Shown here: piece by piece, positions 7,901 through 13,907 of the stretch | How the letters are laid out: each line of letters opens with the position of its first letter | Position numbering within the stretch: position 1 is the stretch's first letter | Assembly: GCA_016196885.1 (NCBI GenBank) | Contig: JACPWU010000056.1 | Span: 1 to 32,000, forward strand | Length of the DNA stretch: 32,000 nucleotides | Source: Chlamydiota bacterium | GTDB lineage: Bacteria > Auribacterota > JACPWU01 | Direction of reading: 5' to 3' | Made by a program: the position numbers and the translations under genes | Notes under the pieces: generated by a model | What the model was told of the DNA's origin: nothing | What the model saw: only the letters and a program-made list of their open reading frames with translations | Database searches by the model: none

Positions 7901-8332
7901 ACTCAATTAGCAAAGATAAGGGAAGATTATCAGACAGGGGATATTTTAGAAGTGGAAAATGGAGAGGATTTAGCAGGTAAGATAGAAAAGGCTAATGATG
8001 GCCCCGTTAATTTAAATAAAAAAAGATATATCGCAGTGATTGGCCCTGCGGAGCATCTTGATCTGTATGGGCGAGATTTGATGAGTCATCGTATTCCAAC
8101 AGCTTTTGGAAACATTGAAGATTTTGGGGCATTGTTGGCAATCGCGCTCTTTTCTACGGATAAGCCTCAGCTTCGAGCCTTCATGAAAGATACGCTAAAA
8201 TTTAGCGACGGACAAATTAACGATCTCCTTGCAGGCGACCACGAGATTCCTCCTTTAAAAATAGCCACTCACCTCGGCCGCGATATTGATGCTGCTATGC
8301 ATGCCGCGGGGATTGCCCAAAAGAATATGTAA
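1829..8332 (+). CDS. Giant 2,167-aa multidomain protein: signal peptide, TraB/GumN-like motifs, NDK-like, Maf, CPBP/Abi intramembrane protease core, unknown C-terminal module
   Basis: Uninterrupted 6,504-nt ORF. GAGGA Shine-Dalgarno lies 9 nt upstream of ATG 1829. Only short spurious ORFs occur in other frames. Domain motifs are listed in the sub-features below. Confidence 0.85.
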   Translation: MKLLQKCVSLILILSFISYDLSNSLGQDVSALNIPNISQPIGNQTVKESIDEKSFWEELRIPSDIGEITDQNLIPNRPSVFILEDIHCNLGVQKNIERILKQLEVESSKLEEKNKSTFRTSNFQPLTSNKPFYVFSEAAAGFMDLSFFTSFPDQKAVATTQAKLLDHQEINGLESFLIHAGPQKAIGWGVEELGTYVDNVKLMKQLMEEKELQSHEWANLEETFKNLRTKIYSKELLELMEKREQYREFKIDLRGYLNQISKIKNQNDKLKIKLEYPTIQKFLELQTLEKKTDASKVESEYLSFLSELEKKLPKEELNEVLRNVLEHRLGRVSYEEHYLFLNKYLEPEDGERVSPLKLRGVGGVMQENNNPSDSPYFKGREKQEEKELYPNLKFFAQQMSLMKQISWEKLDQEIKSLEEELIENLAVTSQAKELLELERDYDVLKRVVAMEGKREDLEVIWSGSYSPLKIRGVRGVIKEEITPSVPLKIRGRKNSQREEYIENFSQALKKLCEQTNLPFESPDFGDIFSIAQKFYAKVLERDQIMYKKTIKMMEERKLKYAALVIGGFHTERFKERLKAANIGYCVIAPRMNKADDRRVYFQKMKEFGSVVSGESKSDIIDLLKKMGKDFLSQAKLSDADFESWRTHSKFYQPIIESLMTENTERGKLLGDPKLLNFVNEIDALIKRGGAFKDLTESYLKKVLGKEDYQEFAQFLKSEKVQSGKTQSKLENPTIPLQLGLATGRAPEEPFQAPAVEVALEPAPAGEMTISPLVSSIMTARARVLSGEGALIDVLTGEEGLRDRQGVEVLIKPEATGCAGAIQDAIDFFHKHGYAMEAVSVRGPEAVKGILPEHYGASVVASIQGRKYLEQDAALTGAFKKNFNVDSLEGLRIFGGQELIEERGYSVDEIERAWDATKVKRLASGIYVCQVTLRGETVYLLNGHVSTLINLFTRPGAVTVAIRAVPRREDATPLLVLRDALGGTSIAEAKEGTLRKRYYTQLDSRPDIQSLHVRYSLTINGYHLSAQYLEALAEVVLWGATLEDQPLAQKLNRAGLSWEEIKELLTDRPKNIFDEVEKSGRSEEETVQIVLRMRAESKVRPLIDRIGKGEDIQSDVEAYLALRVQNPLQAIDFLALLLHLDGEKAQVFLGEVVKKMSEEVQQPSASDQNIVLASKSPRRKEILETMLGDKKEKLKINSPQGRENISPIVPYETAMRAISVEKALEIVEREKTGLIIASDTTMHRNGEVLGKVPNDISLEAYLEKISQFSHQDVRVVSSLVVVDSGTSQVRVGHEEAFIRLRPLGEVLTEAEKSILREIQAPKGHEAELLALQSVDQPTVRDVVTLYHKMGLFKGKAGGFGVQDRLFFLAVQHIRGNPLTIIGLPTEILKRTLTGLNVELPGSLESYTAEIWPSESERERLLPEETQVGQAGENKGSGLQQSVKGTKVYDYLRAHTVPRIPAVILAGIIVGVWEEVWYRNGPLLWGSTCLLAFISVNALFDLHGGDLLPFVKGAWIWLIRFILLTQFFYPWLRYHAKVFAQKHFKVYEWTYPNIHSYLTSAEYKVHYVFGLVMGILMAVSSLLFSESYFVKLFEISPSLWTSIGPSSGMPWIILATTAVLHALNNIADQFGWIYKLSKTFPSLTKLKDWIVMQSTGGGNTLASILEVAKRESGSLQSVKDANSENLQKGALIIRNGEVFVLTGIEETRVDRQVVMLTLTLEPLNGGESRVITLNDEAHAIALKGKGKKRATRTHYYIRQVFGDLYRQLTVTIKVRQFEQWLRGRNVLTSDQTLEGYVANSAKEIPDILDALGEQLENYRSDAKISRQGMRTLIEGLGSLVASQRPQDGGALKTIVIDIKMIQAVAEAGLLPSVRAMRANAQEGALTAGLVWDLAQGAISQEGEDENQVQIAREIQQAVGPAQTGIRSFRQTPIESSQAITRGVGYLILERKWRELKDAIKTIVINRIVKEIKVPIRLYVNAGMLRDPEKAQEVMGQVGELRKLEAGGQPVEIIFFNAKNDPKPLNETQLAKIREDYQTGDILEVENGEDLAGKIEKANDGPVNLNKKRYIAVIGPAEHLDLYGRDLMSHRIPTAFGNIEDFGALLAIALFSTDKPQLRAFMKDTLKFSDGQINDLLAGDHEIPPLKIATHLGRDIDAAMHAAGIAQKNM
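2134..2215 (+). repeat. Heptamer-armed hairpin embedded in frame in the giant ORF
   Basis: The left arm 2134-2162 is (GTTAGAA GTTGAAA GTTCGAA GTTGGAA G). The right arm 2187-2215 is (CTTCCAA CTTCCAA CCTCTAA CTTCTAAC). 25 of 29 positions are complementary by hand alignment, with a 24-nt A-rich loop. Confidence 0.8.
2599..2647 (+). repeat. Seven tandem degenerate heptamers (AAATCAA-type) inside the giant ORF
   Basis: AAATCAA ATATCAA AAATCAA AAATCAA AATGACA AATTAAA AATCAAA, translated as ISKIKNQNDKLKIK. Confidence 0.75.
2888..2975 (+). repeat. REP/MITE-like triple-hairpin element, copy 1, in frame in the giant ORF
   Basis: CCCCTCTTAA-G-TTAAGAGGGG, GGGGAGTTAT..ATAACCCCTCC and CCCCTTA-TTT-TAAGGGG. 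Translated as SPLKLRGVGGVMQENNNPSDSPYFKGREKQ. Confidence 0.75.
3224..3310 (+). repeat. REP/MITE-like triple-hairpin element, copy 2, in frame in the giant ORF
   Basis: Same three hairpins (CCCCTCTTAAGATAAGAGGGG, AGGGGAGTTATT..AATAACCCCCT, CCCCCTTAAAATAAGGGGG). Roughly four-fifths identical to copy 1 by eye and in the same codon phase (SPLKIRGVRGV...). Confidence 0.75.
4241..4948 (+). other. Nucleoside-diphosphate-kinase-like domain with a large internal insertion (aa ~805-1040)
   Basis: VEVLIKPEA (IKPD-type Lys811), PEHYG, LRDALGGTSIAEAKEGTLRKRY (R..GaT...GTiR) and TINGYHLSAQ..ALAEVVLW (NxxHxS with His1022). The order and spacing match NDK catalytic motifs. Confidence 0.55.
5327..6004 (+). 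other. Maf-like nucleoside triphosphate pyrophosphatase domain (aa ~1167-1392)
   Basis: IVLASKSPRRKEIL, VEKALEI, LIIASDTT, EVLGKVP, KAGGFGVQD and IRGNPLTIIGLP match the Maf signature (LASxSPRR, KA, aDT, GKP, aYgIQ, vvGLP). Confidence 0.7.
6191..6718 (+). other. CPBP (CAAX protease / bacteriocin-processing, Abi) intramembrane protease core, 5-6 TM helices (aa ~1455-1630)
   Basis: WEEVWYR (EExxxR, aa 1471-1477), NALFDLH (variant of FxxxH, His1501) and VLHALNN (HxxxN, His1619/Asn1623), all embedded in hydrophobic helices. Confidence 0.65.
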
Positions 8333-8417
8333 TCAGAATAGGGGACGGAGTTAACTTATTAACTTAACGGCATCCCCTAATGCTAGTGCAACGAAATTTC
8401 ACAAAAAAATTATCAAG

Positions 8418-9419
8418 TCAATTAAGGATGATGCTTTCCGACTTTGAATATTCCTCTCCCCTTTTAATCGCCTTAGATATGGCAGCTCGAGACATCCCTA
8501 GGAATTGGGCGAGTTCGCGGCCATTGATTCCTAAATCATGGTACCCCCAATAGGAGATGAGCCCTTTGGCTTTAGAAAGGGCGTTGCTCCTTCCTTTGTT
8601 CTTCAACTCCTCAGCCTTGACATCAAACATAGAGCAAACCTTTTCGACAATTTTTTCCAAATTCCAGCCCTTGCGAATCAAGGCTTCCCTTCTTTCCATT
8701 TGCTCCTCTGTTGCCTTTAAAATCCCTTCCACAAACTGCCCATTCCCCAAAATCCGATCATCGCCCCTCCAATATTCCTTATTCTTTCGTAAGTCTGAAA
8801 CACCCGTCCATCCTCCTGCGCTTCTTCTCAGGCCTCCACCCATCAAATCATTGCGTTCACCCATTGCTAAACCATCCTCAATGTATTGATGGTAAGATAA
8901 ACGTGCCGCGTATCGCTTCCGACTAAATCGAGATAGCACCTCTTCACTGTTTTGCCACAATTTCTCTTGATTCCCCATTAGCACGGCGTGGCCCGTCCAC
9001 GGATAAACATCAAGGGCCGTCATACCCCGAACCAGATTTGCCCTAACAGGATTCAAATGGATGTAGCGAACAAGCTCAAGAAAGTAAACCTCTTCTTCGC
9101 ACAGCACAGATTTATACCGGTTCTGATAAAGATAACCTGCCCGCTGGTGCCTCCGATTGAAATAGATTGCATACCCTGTGAGAATTTTACGCATAAACTC
9201 GGAAAGCGATTTTCCAAGAGGCCTTAGAAGAAGATGCAAATGATTGGGCATCAGGGCCCAGGCATAGCATTTGCACTGTGTGTCCTCAAGCGCTTGAGCC
9301 ATGCGACTTAGAAATTGATTGTAATCAAGGGAATCTAAAAATATATCCCTGCGTTCGATTCCCCTGGTAATAACGTGATAAACCGCTCCGCTTAAATTAA
9401 GACGTCGGTGTCGTGGCAT
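8418..9419 (-). CDS. HUH/Y1 tyrosine transposase (REP-associated tyrosine transposase-like, COG1943 type) with a C-terminal DnaA-domain-IV-like HTH
   Basis: YHVITRG start, HUH motif PNHLHLLL and catalytic-Tyr region YIHLNPVRANLV. The C-terminus (SKAKGLISYWGYHDLGINGRELAQFLGMSRAAISKAIKRGE) resembles the DnaA C-terminal HTH. Confidence 0.8.
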   Translation of the reverse strand: MPRHRRLNLSGAVYHVITRGIERRDIFLDSLDYNQFLSRMAQALEDTQCKCYAWALMPNHLHLLLRPLGKSLSEFMRKILTGYAIYFNRRHQRAGYLYQNRYKSVLCEEEVYFLELVRYIHLNPVRANLVRGMTALDVYPWTGHAVLMGNQEKLWQNSEEVLSRFSRKRYAARLSYHQYIEDGLAMGERNDLMGGGLRRSAGGWTGVSDLRKNKEYWRGDDRILGNGQFVEGILKATEEQMERREALIRKGWNLEKIVEKVCSMFDVKAEELKNKGRSNALSKAKGLISYWGYHDLGINGRELAQFLGMSRAAISKAIKRGEEYSKSESIILN

Positions 9420-9427
9420 TGGAGGAT

Positions 9428-9456
9428 AGAGTAACTTTTATCATTCTGTATGTCAA
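9428..9456 (-). promoter_or_regulatory. Possible promoter for the transposase gene
   Basis: On the minus strand there is a perfect TTGACA (9451-9456), a 17-nt spacer and a weak -10 TACTCT (9428-9433). No clear Shine-Dalgarno. Confidence 0.25.
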
Positions 9457-9584
9457 TAAATTAAGTTAATAAGTTAACTCCGTCCCCTAAAGACGTCCCC
9501 TAAAGAAGATCGCTTCTCTCTTGTAATACAGTCCAGTTTGTTGTTTACTAGGGGCACTGTATTCTAGTTAACGGAGAGCGAGTT

Positions 9585-10340
9585 ATGAGCGGACATTCTA
9601 AATGGGCGACGATTAAGCATAAGAAGGCGGCGACGGACGCAAAACGAGGCCAAGTTTTTAGCAAGGTGGTCAAAGAGATCACTGTTGCAGCGAGAACGGG
9701 CGGGGCGGATCCCAATTCCAATCCTCGCTTAAGAACTGTTTTGGCCAAGGCCAAAGAAGTGAATATGCCGGCAGATAATATTGATCGAGCGATTAAAAAG
9801 GGGACGGGAGAGCTTCCTGGAGTGAGTTATGAGGAGCAAATTTATGAGGGGTATGGACCTGCGGGAGTAGCTGTTATTGTCGAGGCCCTAACGGATAACA
9901 AGAACAGAACAGCTGCCGAGATTAGATCTCTTTTTTCCAAAAATGGAGGTAATTTAGGTGGGGCTGGTTCTGTGGCCTGGATGTTTCATAAAAAAGGGCT
10001 TATTTCCATTCCCAAAAAAGGTGTCCAAGAAGATCAAGTTTTTACAATTGCTACGGAGGCAGGTGCTGAGGATTTTAAGGTGGAGGAAGAATCCTTTGAG
10101 GTTATTTTCTCTCCCAATCAGTTTGAGACCGTGAAAGAGGCTCTTACCAAGAATCATATTTCTATGGCAAGTTCAGAGGTCACCCTTCTTCCTCAGAATA
10201 CAATTGCTGTGGGTCTTTCAGAGGCTCGAAAGGTTCTCGACTTTGTGAGCGGTCTTGAAGATCATGAAGATGTTCAGAATGTTTATGCTAATTTTGACAT
10301 CCCGGATGATGTGATGGCGGAGTTGGAAAAGGAGTCGTGA
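9585..10340 (+). CDS. yebC: YebC/PmpR-family transcriptional regulator
   Basis: MSGHSKWATIKHKKAATDAKRG signature; 251 aa; GGAG upstream of the ATG. Confidence 0.9.
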   Translation: MSGHSKWATIKHKKAATDAKRGQVFSKVVKEITVAARTGGADPNSNPRLRTVLAKAKEVNMPADNIDRAIKKGTGELPGVSYEEQIYEGYGPAGVAVIVEALTDNKNRTAAEIRSLFSKNGGNLGGAGSVAWMFHKKGLISIPKKGVQEDQVFTIATEAGAEDFKVEEESFEVIFSPNQFETVKEALTKNHISMASSEVTLLPQNTIAVGLSEARKVLDFVSGLEDHEDVQNVYANFDIPDDVMAELEKES

Positions 10341-10342
10341 AG

Positions 10343-10428
10343 CAGAATTCAGAAGTCAGAATCCAGAATTTAGAATAAATACAACTCCTTATTGTTCTGA
10401 ATTCTGACTACTGGCTTCTGAATTCTAA
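10343..10428. repeat. 86-nt heptamer-armed hairpin element (CAGAATT units), copy upstream of ruvC
   Basis: CAGAATT CAGAAGT CAGAATC CAGAATT TAGAATA, a loop, then GTTCTGA ATTCTGA CTACTGG CTTCTGA ATTCTAA. The outer 12 bp AGAATTCAGAAG/CTTCTGAATTCT are perfectly complementary. Confidence 0.85.
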
Positions 10429-10438
10429 ACTAAAAACC

Positions 10439-10927
10439 ATGCGCATTTTAGGAATTGATCCTGGCAGTCTTAAAACAGGTTTTGGAGTGATCGAAGTTTT
10501 GCGTGGGTCTTTCAAGCTTGTGGATTGTGGGTATATTTCAAATTCTTCCAAATCGCCTTTGCCTCGGCGTTTTTTAAAAATTTTTAGTGAGCTTAATAAC
10601 GTTATTGACCGATCTTCTCCCGATTGTGCTGCTATTGAAACGCTTTTCTACTTTAAAAATCCTCGAACTGCTTTTAAACTAGGGGAGGCGCGTGGGGTTG
10701 CTGTTTTAGCAGCGGCTCACCATCAATTAGAGATTCATGAATATGAGCCTCGTAGAATCAAACAGGCTGTGATTGGCTTTGGTTCTGCCCATAAGTTTCA
10801 AATAAAAAAAATGGTTTCATCGTTACTCGGTTTAAAAACAATTGAAGGGCCTGAAGATGTTACGGATGCTTTGGCGGTGGCGATTTGTCATGCGCATCAT
10901 TTAAAGGCAGAAGTCAGAAGACAGTAG
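10439..10927 (+). CDS. ruvC: Holliday junction resolvase RuvC
   Basis: MRILGIDPGSLKTGFGVIE N-terminus; 162 aa; typical RuvC length and motifs. Confidence 0.9.
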   Translation: MRILGIDPGSLKTGFGVIEVLRGSFKLVDCGYISNSSKSPLPRRFLKIFSELNNVIDRSSPDCAAIETLFYFKNPRTAFKLGEARGVAVLAAAHHQLEIHEYEPRRIKQAVIGFGSAHKFQIKKMVSSLLGLKTIEGPEDVTDALAVAICHAHHLKAEVRRQ

Positions 10928-10992
10928 TCAGAATTCAGAATGATAAGGAATTGTATTTATTCCGAATTCTGTATTCTGACTTCTGAATTCTA
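10907..10992. repeat. 86-nt heptamer-armed hairpin element, inverted copy downstream of (and overlapping) the ruvC 3' end
   Basis: The reverse complement of 10343-10428 matches 10907-10992 at 75 of 86 positions in an ungapped hand alignment. Confidence 0.85.
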
Positions 10993-11001
10993 GGGAGTAA
11001 A

Positions 11002-11610
11002 ATGTACTCATATCTATCTGGAAAACTTATTAAGATTGTCGACTCCACAGTCGTGCTCGATGTTAACGGCATTGGCTATGAAGTAAGTGTTCCATCAAGA
11101 ATATTACCCCATCTTCCTGTTCTCTATGAAACACTAACGCTTTATACGTATTTTCACGTTCGAGAAGATGCGCAAATTTTGTACGGGTTTCAATATGAAG
11201 AGGAAAAAGAAATTTTCAAAATTTTATTGGGAGTGAATGGGATTGGCCCTAAATCGGCGCTTGCGATTTTGGGTGGGATGGGACTCAAGGATTTAAAAAA
11301 CAGTATTCAAAATGAAGATGAGAAGCTTTTGGCAACCATTCCAGGGATTGGTAAAAAGACGGCCAGTCGAATTATTTTGGAGCTAAAAGATAAAATTCAA
11401 AATGTTCGTTTACCGCAAGGGATGGATGGAGATTCTGTCTCGAATGAAAGAGCCGATTTAATGCGAGATGCCTTGATGGCCTTAATTTCTCTGGGCTTCA
11501 CAAGGCCTAAAGCCAAAGAAGCTGTTGAAAAAGTAATGAGAACAGATAAAAGAGATAAGATTGAAGAATTGATTAGGGATTCGATTAAGATATTAAACAA
11601 CAGTGCTTGA
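11002..11610 (+). CDS. ruvA: Holliday junction DNA helicase subunit RuvA
   Basis: VLDVNGIGYEVSVP OB-fold start; GVNGIGPKSA and IPGIGKKTA helix-hairpin-helix motifs. Confidence 0.9.
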   Translation: MYSYLSGKLIKIVDSTVVLDVNGIGYEVSVPSRILPHLPVLYETLTLYTYFHVREDAQILYGFQYEEEKEIFKILLGVNGIGPKSALAILGGMGLKDLKNSIQNEDEKLLATIPGIGKKTASRIILELKDKIQNVRLPQGMDGDSVSNERADLMRDALMALISLGFTRPKAKEAVEKVMRTDKRDKIEELIRDSIKILNNSA

Positions 11611-11643
11611 GTGCTTAAGTTCGTAGGTGCTTACTTAAAAAAC

Positions 11644-12663
11644 ATGAGCCAAGAACGAATTTTTACAGAAAGCTTGAACGAAGATCCGCAATTCTATGTT
11701 TCTTTGCGACCGAATTTAATGAAGGAGTTTATCGGCCAGGAGAAACTCAAGGAGCGTTTGGAAGTGTTTATGAAGGCGGCCATCACGCGAAAAGAACCGC
11801 TAGAACATATTCTTCTTTCAGGGCCACCCGGATTGGGGAAGACGACTTTGTCGTACATTATTGCCCAAGAAATGGGGGCCAATATTAAGGTGACTTCGGG
11901 TCCTGTGATTGAACGGCCAGGCGACTTGGCAGGGCTTCTGACAAATTTAGAAGAGGGGGATGTGCTTTTCATTGATGAGATTCATCGCCTCAATCACATG
12001 GTTGAAGAATATTTGTACCCGGCCATGGAGGATTTTCTTCTTGATATCATGATTGACAAGGGACCCAGCGCGCGGTCTGTGAGGTTGAATCTGAAAAAAT
12101 TTACATTGGTGGGAGCGACGACCCGAAGTGGCCTTCTTTCATCTCCCTTGCGTTCCCGGTTTGGCATGATGAGCCGGCTCGATTTTTATTCCGTGGAGGA
12201 GCTTAAACATATTGTCTTGAGGTCTGCAAATATTTTGAATGTCGAAATCAGCGACGACGGGGCCTTAGAAATTGCTCGGAGGTCTCGAGGAACTCCGAGA
12301 ATTACCAATTGTCTTTTGAGACGTGTGCGTGATTTTGCCCAGGTGAAGGCGGATGGGGTTATCACCGTAAAGGTCGCAGATCAGGCTTTGAAAATGTTGG
12401 AGGTGGATGAGAAGGGGTTGGATGAGATGGACCGTAAAATTATTGAGACCATTGCCTTAAAATTTGCGGGGGGTCCTGTTGGAATTAACACGCTCTCAGC
12501 CGCCTTATCCGAAGAAACAGACACCTTGGAAGAGGTGTATGAGCCCTACTTGATTCAGCAAGGCTATATCAAACGCACCCCCAGTGGCCGAAAGGTTACG
12601 AGATTGGCGTATGAACATTTTAAGCTTCAGACTCCTGTGTTAGAACAAGAAGAATTACTGTAA
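11644..12663 (+). CDS. ruvB: Holliday junction DNA helicase RuvB
   Basis: Walker [10 protein letters not shown] and Walker B LFIDEIH, with RuvB-wide similarity. I prefer ATG 11644 (MSQERIF) over the GTG at 11611, which lies in a repeat. Confidence 0.9.
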   Translation: MSQERIFTESLNEDPQFYVSLRPNLMKEFIGQEKLKERLEVFMKAAITRKEPLEHILLSGPPGLGKTTLSYIIAQEMGANIKVTSGPVIERPGDLAGLLTNLEEGDVLFIDEIHRLNHMVEEYLYPAMEDFLLDIMIDKGPSARSVRLNLKKFTLVGATTRSGLLSSPLRSRFGMMSRLDFYSVEELKHIVLRSANILNVEISDDGALEIARRSRGTPRITNCLLRRVRDFAQVKADGVITVKVADQALKMLEVDEKGLDEMDRKIIETIALKFAGGPVGINTLSAALSEETDTLEEVYEPYLIQQGYIKRTPSGRKVTRLAYEHFKLQTPVLEQEELL

Positions 12664-12743
12664 GTGAAATGAAAAGTGAAAAATGAAAAGTGAAAAATTT
12701 TAAAAGCAGTAACATTTTTCATTCTTCACTCTTCACTTTTCAT
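12664..12743. repeat. Heptamer-armed hairpin (GTGAAAA/GAAAAGT units) after ruvB
   Basis: Left arm ATGAAAAGTGAAAAATGAAAAGTGAAAAA against the reverse complement of right arm 12715-12743 (ATGAAAAGTGAAGAGTGAAGAATGAAAAA): 25 of 29 match by hand. Confidence 0.8.
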
Positions 12744-13907
12744 TGCCTTTATTTCCTCTCAGTTTTATTTCTTTTTCTGGCCCCCATTTCTCTTTATTCG
12801 ATGGGTTTAAAACCTGCTCGTTTTTACCGGGAAATCAGAGTTTTGGTGTTTGAATCGAGGCAGGCTGTATCATTGTATAGCCCTAAACTTTATTTGTGCG
12901 ATGCCCAGTGGAATAACCTCTATCAGGTGGGCCCCCACTTAATCTTTTCTCCCTGGGGTCGAAGAGGTCTTTGGGTCAATGAGAAGATGATTCGCGCAGA
13001 TGGGCTCTATTTTCAATCGGATCAAAATATTTTTCGTGTTCAAGATAAGATTTTTAGAGGGAAAATGATTATTCGAAACCACCAAGGAGTCTTGCAAGTG
13101 ATTAATCAACTTCCCTTGGAAGAATATTTGAAAAGCGTGGTTGCCTCTGAAATAGGCCCGGGCGCTCCGCGAGAGGCTCTCAAGGCTCAAGCGGTCATCG
13201 CTCGTTCTTTTGCCGTTTGGCACATGAGAGAACATTATGATCAGGATTACGATATGGGACTCCCTGAGCATGCCCAGGCCTATGAGGGCAAGAGTGCCGA
13301 AAATTCACTTTCGGATGAGGCGGTTGAAGAAACAAAAGATGTCATTTTGATTCGTCACGGAAAACCTTTCCCAACTTTTTTTCACACCTGCTGTGGAGGA
13401 TGGACGGTAGAGGCCCAAGAGGTTTGGCCCAATATTTCGACGGAGGTGCCCTCGGGCGTTAAATGTTCTGGGTGTCTTGAAGGGAATCCCATCCAGTGGA
13501 AATATTCCATAGAACTCTGTGAATTTAGAAACAAACTTAATGTAAATGGATATCAAATCCCTCCAGAGTTTCAAATGATTGTTTACAGAGATGAGGAGAC
13601 CCAAAGGGTGAAGTTTTTGAAGGTAGGAGGCTTGCTGATTCCTGCTGCTAAATTTAGAAACATGTTAGGACCTGCTTCTTTGAAAAGTACATTTTTTAAA
13701 GCTGTTCTTGGAAAAAAATATCTAGAGTTTAAAGGCCGAGGATGGGGTCATGGGGTCGGGCTTTGCCAAAAAGGGGCCATTCAACTTGCAAAGGATGGGA
13801 TGTCTTATCGAAAAATTTTGAAATATTATTATCCGGCGAGTCAATGCGGAAAAGGCAGTTCTAAGAATTTAAAACTTAAAATTAAAAAACTGTCTTTTTA
13901 TGAATGA
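12690..13907 (+). CDS. SpoIID/LytB-domain protein (peptidoglycan lytic enzyme / amidase enhancer family)
   Basis: LEEYLKSVVASEIG..PREALKAQAVIARSFA motif with a hydrophobic N-terminal segment. The start is uncertain because GTG 12690 and the first ~18 codons lie inside the hairpin repeat. Confidence 0.75.
   Translation: MKNFKSSNIFHSSLFTFHCLYFLSVLFLFLAPISLYSMGLKPARFYREIRVLVFESRQAVSLYSPKLYLCDAQWNNLYQVGPHLIFSPWGRRGLWVNEKMIRADGLYFQSDQNIFRVQDKIFRGKMIIRNHQGVLQVINQLPLEEYLKSVVASEIGPGAPREALKAQAVIARSFAVWHMREHYDQDYDMGLPEHAQAYEGKSAENSLSDEAVEETKDVILIRHGKPFPTFFHTCCGGWTVEAQEVWPNISTEVPSGVKCSGCLEGNPIQWKYSIELCEFRNKLNVNGYQIPPEFQMIVYRDEETQRVKFLKVGGLLIPAAKFRNMLGPASLKSTFFKAVLGKKYLEFKGRGWGHGVGLCQKGAIQLAKDGMSYRKILKYYYPASQCGKGSSKNLKLKIKKLSFYE

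Larger units (their letters stand above)
8341..9487 (-). mobile_element. RAYT/IS200-like Y1-transposase unit bracketed by perfect 27-bp inverted repeats
   Basis: GGGGACGGAGTTAACTTATTAACTTAA (8341-8367) is the exact reverse complement of TTAAGTTAATAAGTTAACTCCGTCCCC (9461-9487). The repeats enclose the 333-aa HUH transposase ORF. There is no obvious target-site duplication. Confidence 0.75.

Noticed and set aside
1829-8332. Diversity-generating retroelement, retron or toxin-cargo (polymorphic toxin) architecture in or around the giant gene
   Set aside because: There is no reverse transcriptase and no template/variable repeat pair. I saw no RHS, YD or PT-type motifs and no downstream immunity-like small ORF. 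Nothing in the sequence supports these models.
8538-9227. Plus-strand ORFs 8538-8720, 8557-8889, 8711-8926 and 8988-9227
   Set aside because: They are antisense to the transposase gene, which has clear HUH/Y1 motifs, and their translations are low-complexity.
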